This document shows, piece after piece, positions 1-6,326 of a DNA stretch of 7,998 nucleotides (positions are counted from its first letter, which is position 1; each line of letters opens with the position of its first letter). Origin of the DNA: Octopus sinensis (Eukaryota). The translations under genes and the position numbers were made by a program. The DNA lies in assembly GCF_006345805.1 (NCBI RefSeq), contig NW_021828583.1, positions 1-7,998 on the forward strand, in the 5' to 3' direction. The notes under the pieces are model-generated. The model saw only the letters and a program-made list of their open reading frames with translations, searched no databases and was not told the origin of the DNA.

Positions 1-243
1 AAACACACCAGCAACGGTTGTCAAGCAATGCTGGGGGGACAAACACAGACACACAAAACAATACACACACATATATATATACATATATACGACAGGCTTC
101 TTTCAGTTTCCGTCTACCAAATTCACTCACAAGGCATTGGTCGGCCCAGGGCTATAGTAGAAGACACTTGCCCAAGGTGCCACGCAGTGGGACTGAACCC
201 GGAACCATGTGGTTCGTAAGCAAGCTACTTACCACACGGCCAC
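1..243 (-). mobile_element. tRNA-derived SINE, family 1, copy A (3' part runs off the window)
   Basis: The reverse complement gives a tRNA-like head (GTGGCCGTGTGGTAAGTAGCTTGC...GGTTCCGGGTTCAGTCCC, with A-box/B-box-like motifs), then CCTTGGGCAAGTGTCTTCTACT and an internal TA/TG microsatellite. It is colinear with the copy at ~3004-3266. Confidence 0.85.
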
Positions 244-453
244 TTAGCAAGCTACTTACCACATTTCCCCAGTATAGATGAATAATAAACACTTAAACAA
301 CAGAATATTTTGAAATAATGGACTATAAGTGATTATCCAGTAAAATTTGAATTGAGGACTGTTTGTGTCTAACTTAACGAAAAACTCTATATGATACAAC
401 GCAGAGTGGATAAACAAAAGACAAAATATTTAAATCGAAGGATATTAAAATGA

Positions 454-539
454 AGACCCTGAAGAAACTGTACCGGTATCATAGAAGGGTTGCAACTGCA
501 ACAGTTAGTAACCGGTACAGTTGAAACATGTGTAGGTCT
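454..539 (+). ncRNA. Minimal type I hammerhead ribozyme motif (Penelope/retrozyme-like)
   Basis: Stem I: AGACC (454-458) pairs with GGTCT (535-539). Core CTGAAGA at 459-465. Perfect 12-bp stem II: AACTGTACCGGT (466-477) with ACCGGTACAGTT (511-522). GAAA at 523-526, then minimal stem III C-ATGT-G containing the palindrome ACATGT, and cleavage triplet GTA at 532-534. Confidence 0.8.
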
Positions 540-542
540 ATG

Positions 543-588
<46 letters not shown>

Positions 589-807
589 GGTGTGTGTGGT
601 ATACATATATATATATATATATATGTGTGTATATAGATATACACCATATATATATACATACATATAGTATTATGTATATATATTATATACACATATATAT
701 ATATATACATACATAATATATTATATATAACATATATATATACACATATATAATACCATATATATATATACATACCGATATATATATATATAAGATATAT
801 ATATTAT

Positions 808-842
<35 letters not shown>
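543..842. repeat. (TA)n/(TG)n compound microsatellite
   Basis: Near-pure TA and TG dinucleotide runs; these produce the YIYI-type pseudo-ORFs. Confidence 0.95.
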
Positions 843-844
<2 letters not shown>

Positions 845-1226
845 GGTACATGCCCATACTTATGGAGGCTCGGAGGAGTTCACATTCCAGCAAGGAGAAA
901 TATTCTCAATTAAGACCAACTTCACATGTGCTTCCCAGAACCTTATCTATGTCCTTACCTGCTCAGGCTGTGGCCACAATTATGTGGCCCAGACGAGCCT
1001 TACTTTGAGACGAAGAGTCACGCTGCATAAAGAATAGATTCGTTTTCCTCAGTACAGGTAGATAGCCCTGAGCGAACATATCGACAGATGCGCAAGAAAT
1101 AAAACGCCGAATTCCCATATCTTTCCATTATACCAATGCAAAGATTTATTCTCCTTACAAGAACGCCTAAACAAGGAAAACCTTTTCATTCAAAAGTACA
1201 GATCATACCTTAATATACAAACTTGA
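843..1226 (+). pseudogene. Decayed GIY-YIG endonuclease domain of a Penelope-like retroelement
   Basis: Reading through two TAG stops (1035-1037, 1059-1061) gives FTCASQNLIYVLTCSGCGHNYVAQTSLTLRRRVTLHKE*IRFPQYR*IALSEHIDRC...ERLNKENLFIQKY...LN. This matches the PLE endonuclease pattern C-x-S-x-N-x-IY-x3-C-x2-C-x3-YVG-x-T...R-x3-H...H...R-x3-E, with the YVG glycine changed to Ala. Confidence 0.8.
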
Positions 1227-1464
1227 CCACTTCAAAAATTAAACTGAGGAGTTAGTTGTCCCCCTTGCCACTGATTACGTCCCTTGGTCCACTCTCTAGA
1301 TTCATTCTTATTTTTCAAGCATCCAAAATGTCAAGACCCCTGTATTTATTGACTTCTTCTTTCCTTTAAAAATCGCCACGAACTTTCTGGACAACCCAAT
1401 ATATACTGACAAAATGTTACATTAAATAAATGTACAACAAATGGAATCACAAAGGAATACCTAC

Positions 1465-2267
1465 CTTTGTTAGGTACGTATATAATTACTGGTTCGGGTA
1501 GAATATCGTCTGGTAGAGTTGTACCGTTGATGTCTTCGGCATATACATTTAAATGGATTTTGTCATCGTAGTTATAGCCCAAGCGTAAGAGGCTGTGGGT
1601 TATTTCGTGTTTGTAATAGCGATCGAAACCCCAGTCGTTCTCTTCACGGCTTCCGTACACCAATATGGAAGCCAGAATCATGGGGACACTCCTCTTCACA
1701 TTGTCCCTGGAGTTTTCATTCACTGCTACTTGGATCTTGGCAGACGTTTTGATTCCGCGCAGTAAGAACCCAATAAAAACACGGTCTTTTTTTTTCAGAT
1801 CCTCGATGCGAGTATAAAGATCAGGGATACCAATAGACATATCAGCCCCTAGATTAAGGGACTCGAACTCGTAATGTAAATTGCTCCGATAATCGTGCAA
1901 TTGATCGGGTGTCGAGTGTTCAAAGGTAATCAAATTAGTGTTGATAGGCGGACCGTCGGAGAACGGTTTCAAAAGACGGTGAAGGTCAGATTGTATACAG
2001 TGAGCCGCTGACGAGAGGCCCCGATAGACCTGCAAAGCTTGCCACGTTGCCCACAGACGATCCACTTGATTGCTATGCATCCAGAACAGTGGATCGAACG
2101 ACATGTGGTCCAACGTTGGGAATTCCGGCTCCGAGAAAATGTTGTAGAAGCTGTTTTGTAGGACTTCCAGTTGGATTTCGAAATCGCAGAAGTCCTCCTG
2201 TTCGAAAGCGAGCAGTAACTGGGAAAAGAGGGACCCGTGTTTCTCGTCCCCAAGATTCTCGGTGATC
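1465..2267 (-). CDS. Hemocyanin-like exon: C-terminal part of FU-b-like unit (degenerate CuB site and beta-sandwich domain)
   Basis: Acceptor ttctttgcttcag|G at 2268/2267 (phase 2); donor AAAG|gtaggt at 1465/1464 (phase 1); 803 bp. Translation (W)ITENLGDEKHGSLFSQLLLAFEQEDFCDFEIQLEVLQNSFY...FDPLFWMHSNQVDRLWATWQALQ...RVFIGFLLRGIKTSA...WGFDRYYKHEIT...INGTTLP...YVPNK. The ORF track starts too late and runs into the intron. Confidence 0.92.
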
Positions 2268-2400
2268 CTGAAGCAAAGAAATATAAATCAGCCATCATCA
2301 AGGACAAAGCATTAAAATAAGGATCAGGTTTCAAACGTGAATTATTGAGAGGTTGAGGAGACAGAATGGTTCTGGAAATAGGGTGTCGCTCTCAGGATTG

Positions 2401-2443
2401 TATATGCAAGCAAATATATATATTATATATATAGTATATATAT

Positions 2444-2477
<34 letters not shown>
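2401..2477. repeat. (TA)n microsatellite
   Basis: Visible TA run inside the phase-2 intron. Confidence 0.9.
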
Positions 2478-2828
2478 CAACTAATGTAGGATAAAATTTT
2501 TCCGAAAAAAATTTTTATCAATGGCCAGCATATCAAAAAGTACCTTGAAAGGTTAAATTTATAAATAACTTATAAAATACGGGCAAAAGAAAAATTGTAA
2601 TACCAAATATGCCGAAAAAAGACAAATTGTCAATAACCATTATAATTTATGCGTCTCGAAACAAGCCGATAGAAATTTCTAAAAAATTCCATTATTACCG
2701 TATTGGTCCCAATTTCAGAGTTAATTCATAAGAATTTTCTCCTCCTCAGCGATAAATACGTAAGACATAAATGAAATACTTACTCATACCCATGGAAAAA
2801 GCAAGCACTAAGTCCTGAGTACCAAGTC

Positions 2829-2898
2829 CGATGTTAGGGGGACAAACACAGACAAACAAACACATACACACATATATATACATATACATATATACGAC
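2829..2898 (-). mobile_element. Internal fragment of SINE family 1 fused to the 3' end of copy B
   Basis: CGATGTTAGGGGGACAAACACAGAC...TATACGAC matches the central segment of copy A (~26-93) and of copy B (~3029-3115). Confidence 0.75.
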
Positions 2899-3266
2899 GA
2901 GCACCACCTTTGGTCGAGCAAATCGAACCCAGGACTTATTCTTTGTAAGCCTGGTACTTAGTCTATCGGTCTCTTTTGCCGAATCCCTAAGTTACGGGGA
3001 CGTAAACACACCAGCATCGGTTGTCAAGTGATGTTGAGGGAGACAAACACAAACACACAAACATATACACACACATATACACAAACATATACACATATAT
3101 ATATACATATATACAACTGGATTCTTTCAGTTTACCTCTACCAAATCCACTCACAAGGCTTTAGTCGGCCCGAGGCTACAGTAGAAGACACGTGCCCAAG
3201 ATGCCACGCAGTGGGACTGAACCCGGAACTATATGGTTGGTTAGCAAGCTACCTACCACACAGCCA
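2899..3266 (-). mobile_element. tRNA-derived SINE, family 1, copy B (near full length)
   Basis: Head TGGCTGTGTGGTAGGTAGCTTGC...GGGTTCAGTCCCACTGCGTGG on the minus strand. The body is colinear with copy A and continues to ...AATAAGTCCTGGGTTCGATTTGCTCGACCAAAGGTGGTGCTC. Confidence 0.85.
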
Positions 3267-3299
3267 TAAGATTATCTTTACAGATCTATATAAATTATA

Positions 3300-3685
3300 G
3301 TGGAGGCGCAATGGCCCAGTGGTTAGGACAGCGGACTCGCAGTCGTAGGATCGCGGTTTCGATTCCCAGACCGGGCGTTGTGAGTGTTTATTGAGCGAAA
3401 ACACCTAAAAGCTCTACGAAGCTCCGGCAGGGATGGTGGTGATCCCTGCTGTACTCTTTCACCACAACTTTCTCTCACCCTTACTTCCTGTTTCTGTTGT
3501 ACCTGTATTTCAAAGGGCCGGCTTGTCACTCTCTGTGACACGCTGAATATCCCTGAGAACTACGTTAAGGGTACACGTGTCTGTGGAGTGCTCAGCCACT
3601 TACACGTTAATTTCACGAGCTGGCTGTTCCGTTGATCGGATCAACCGGAACCCTCGTCGTCGTAACCGACGGAGTGCTTCCAAAA
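3300..3685 (+). mobile_element. tRNA-derived SINE, family 2, full-length copy C with 12-bp target-site duplication
   Basis: tRNA-like head GGAGGCGCAATGGCCCAGTGGTTAGG...GGTTTCGATTCCC. It is flanked by the exact direct repeat ATATAAATTATA at 3288-3299 and 3686-3697, and is highly similar to 7751-7998. Confidence 0.9.
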
Positions 3686-3793
3686 ATATAAATTATATCC
3701 TGCAAAAATCTATGCTGATTATAATTTCTATAAAAAAATCTTTAGTGATAACATTTATTAACAAGGGAAAGCTACAACGGATTCAAGACTTAC

Positions 3794-4277
3794 CATTCTG
3801 TATTTCTCGGAGCCTCTTCATTATAGGACATGAAATCAACCGAGAGACGGGAAAACGGGTTCAATCTAAACTGCATCCAGTCTGGATCATAAAAGGAGTG
3901 GTTCGATAAGAACAACGGTATGGTATTCACAGGATCAGTCCAGTCCCAGTACGGTAAGGCAACACTGGTTCCGCACTCACCCAGTGAATTCTCAAATTGT
4001 TTCACAGCTAATCGATTCCAGTGCAAGAACACCGGGTTTCCATGGACGCGGCAAACCCGTTGATGGGTCGATTCCGGTTGGGGACATTTCTTCAACAGTC
4101 CAGAATACTCTGCTAGAATTTGGTAACCTTGCATGGATTTGTCCTTGGCGAAACACACCATGGCTAGTCTTAGTTCGAGCTGTTCTATTTTAGTTAAATC
4201 ATTGACGTTTTTCCGCTTGATGGATGCTTTGTGCAGTTTCTTGTGGAATTTTCTCTGCAGTTTCTTCAATTTCCTCT
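3794..4277 (-). CDS. Hemocyanin-like exon: basic linker plus N-terminal part of FU-b-like unit (degenerate CuA site)
   Basis: Acceptor aatttttaatgttacag|AG at 4278/4277 (phase 1); donor GAATG|gtaagt at 3794/3793 (phase 2); 484 bp. Translation ...IKRKNVNDLTKIEQLELRLAM...GYQILAEYSGLLKKCPQP...VCRVHGNPVFLHWNRLAVKQFENSL...ALPYWDWT...NPF. Confidence 0.92.
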
Positions 4278-4320
4278 CTGTAACATTAAAAATTTAAGAA
4301 AGAATATATAATTTTATACA

Positions 4321-4358
4321 CGCCCCAGCATGGCCACAGCTCAAGAGCTGAAACTGGA
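4321..4358 (+). mobile_element. Possible isolated 3' tail fragment of SINE family 1
   Basis: CCCCAGCATGGCCACAGCTCAAGAGCTGAAAC resembles the tail I recall following GGTGCTC in this octopus SINE family. This rests on memory of the consensus and cannot be verified inside the window. Confidence 0.35.
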
Positions 4359-4377
4359 AACATAGGTATAAACATAA

Positions 4378-4411
4378 ACACACATACACATACGCATGTA
4401 TATACACACAA

Positions 4412-4453
<42 letters not shown>

Positions 4454-4457
4454 ATAC

Positions 4458-4490
<33 letters not shown>

Positions 4491-4638
4491 CATACATATA
4501 TATATATGTGCTTGTGTGTGTGTGTGAGTGAGTGTGTGTTCATACATATATATATGTGTGTGTGTGTGTGTGTGAGTGAGTGTTCATACATATATATATG
4601 TGTTTGTGTGCGTGCGTGTGAGTGAGTGTGTGTGTGTA
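4378..4638. repeat. Compound (TG)n/(TA)n/(TGAG)n microsatellite array
   Basis: Repeated units of CATACATATATATATG(TG)n with TGAG variants. Confidence 0.92.
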
Positions 4639-4650
4639 TCTAATTATGTA

Positions 4651-4738
4651 TGCCGAACCGCTAAGTTATGGGGATGTAAACACCCCGACACCGGTTGTCA
4701 AGTCGTGATGGGAAGCAAACATACACATCACGCTTATA
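4651..4738 (-). mobile_element. Diverged internal fragment of SINE family 1, interrupted by the Helitron
   Basis: TGCCGAACCGCTAAGTTATGGGGATGTAAACACC...CGGTTGTCAAG aligns with copy B 2977-3028. Confidence 0.75.
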
Positions 4739-5041
4739 TCTATATATATAAAACTCTAGTTGTGTGAGTGTCTGTCCCCTTCGATTTAGATTCCTAACTA
4801 CTCCCACATTTTGCGGTGCAGTTTAACCAAATTCGGGTATCTTATAGTCGTGATTCATATCGAGCCCTTCTGGGTATTAGCGCGCGTCTACGATGAGTCT
4901 ACGATTTAAAAAAAAATTTACCATCATTTTTTCCATTTTAATGCATTTTTTTTCGCTATTATATAAGGGAAGTAACTCTCTAAAAATGTCTACGATGAGT
5001 CAACGATTTAAAAAAAATTTACCAAATTTACCATTATTTAC

Positions 5042-5085
<44 letters not shown>

Positions 5086-5381
5086 GAGAGAGAGAGAGAG
5101 AGAGGATAGGAGAGAGGAGAGAGATTTTGTTTTTGTCTGTGTGTATGTGTGTGTTCGTATATGCTTCGGTGTTAGTGTCATTGTTTGTATTTGTGTGTGT
5201 GTGTGTGTGTATGTATGCATGTATGTATATACGCCTGGACGCACTTACACATTCAAACACATAATCACACTCTTTTCCATTTTTAATGCATTTTTTTGCT
5301 ATTTTTTGGCTATAACTCTCTAAAAATGCTTATATAGTTATTTCCCTTACAAACCCGAGCAACGCCGGGCGATACTGCTAG
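4739..5381 (+). mobile_element. Non-autonomous Helitron (643 bp, both termini intact)
   Basis: 5' TC (TCTATATATATAAAAC) follows host A4738 and 3' CTAG (5378-5381) precedes host T5382, with no TSD. Subterminal hairpin CCCGaGC-AAC-GCcCGGG (5354-5369) ends 8 nt before CTAG. Internal direct repeats at 4886/4988 and 4928/5273. Confidence 0.85.
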
Positions 5382-5534
5382 TATATGTATAGGTCAGTTG
5401 GTTCTGGTTTAAAGGAAGTTTGGCTGCTATTTCTATCTGATGAGACGACTAAGTAGATGCCGATGGCCCTTGGCTACATATACACACGCTCTTTCGGGGT
5501 CGATAAATAAAGTACAACTGAGGCCAGCTTTATG

Positions 5535-5970
5535 TCTCTTCTTTCTCTCTCTCTCTCTCTCTCTCCTTTCCTCTTTCTTTCTCCCTTTCTCTCTCTCACT
5601 CTCTCCTTTCCTCTTTCTTTCTCTCTCTCTCCTTTCTCTCTCTCCTTTTCTCTTTCTTTCTCTCTTTCTCTCTCTCCTTCTCTCTTTCTCTCCTCTCTCC
5701 TTTCCTCTTTCTCTTTCTCTCTCCTCTTCGTTCTCCCTCTCCTTCTTTCCCCGTTCCTCCCTCTCTCCTATTCTTCCTCCCCCCCCTCCCTTCCTCTTCT
5801 TTCTTTCTCTCTTTTCTCTCTCTCTCCCTCTCTCTTTCTCTCTCTCTCTCCTTTCCTCTTTCTTTCTCTTTCTCTCTCTCTCCCTCTCTCTTTCTCTCTC
5901 TCCTTCCCTCTTTCTTTCTCTCTTTCTCTCTCTCTCTCTCCCTCTCTCTTTCTCTCTCTTTCTTTCTCCC
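5535..5970. repeat. Long CT-rich homopyrimidine/homopurine low-complexity tract
   Basis: About 435 bp of almost only C and T on the + strand; source of the SLSL and ERER pseudo-ORFs. Confidence 0.95.
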
Positions 5971-6326
5971 AGAGAGAGAGAGGATCTGCTAAGTTTAGTT
6001 GTCTACAAAAACAAAAATAAGCTAAAATAAAAACACCGTAGATTACGACAAAGTCTCTGCGACCCAATCGTGAGTTAAGGACCCAAGGCACATGCATAAG
6101 ACAGCATGGCCTTGTTGAGCGAGATTTGACTGCTGTTTTTACCAAATCTAATGGTCACGAAGAGTCTTCTTCGCGTAATCATTTAATACAGGCTTTATTC
6201 TCGACAGGCTGCTATCTCTAACAAGTCAGATGACCACGAAGAAAAGAAAAACCTTCTGCTGTTCTTTGTTGTTGTCCCTTGGAGATGGGTGTGGGATCGA
6301 AACCGTGAACAGCGTTCACTACTTAC

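Noticed and set aside
528-773. YIYI/VCVC ORFs (also 4286-4767 and 4893-5323)
   Set aside because: These are translations of dinucleotide microsatellites with no protein-like content.
1969-2334. Overlapping ORFs in other frames or antisense over the hemocyanin exons (also 3984-4193, 6441-6650, 6784-6981, 7218-7513)
   Set aside because: They are shadows of the real coding frame and have no recognisable motifs.
2490-2519. Imperfect inverted repeat GATAAAATTTTT...AAAAATTTTTATC
   Set aside because: It is very AT-rich and imperfect, has no partner TIR or TSD, and is plausible by chance.
3302-3375. tRNA-like sequence as a real tRNA gene (also 7751-7825)
   Set aside because: The anticodon and acceptor stems pair poorly, and the head is attached to a repeated body with a TSD, so it is a SINE head.
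5437-5480. CTGATGA as a second hammerhead core (also CTGAGGA near 1244 and 7537)
   Set aside because: There is no downstream stem II plus GAAA plus NUH arrangement.
5440-6145. Long Ser/Leu/Phe and Glu/Arg ORFs of 125-196 aa
   Set aside because: They arise from the CT/GA tract, which cannot contain stop codons.
5422-6220. 13/14 match GGCTGCTAT(T/C)TCTA at 5422 and 6207
   Set aside because: Possibly relics of an old repeat, but too short to define an element or boundaries.
6305-6319. Hairpin GTGAAC-agc-GTTCAC just inside the 5' splice site
   Set aside because: A 6-bp stem is expected by chance, and nothing suggests it is regulatory.
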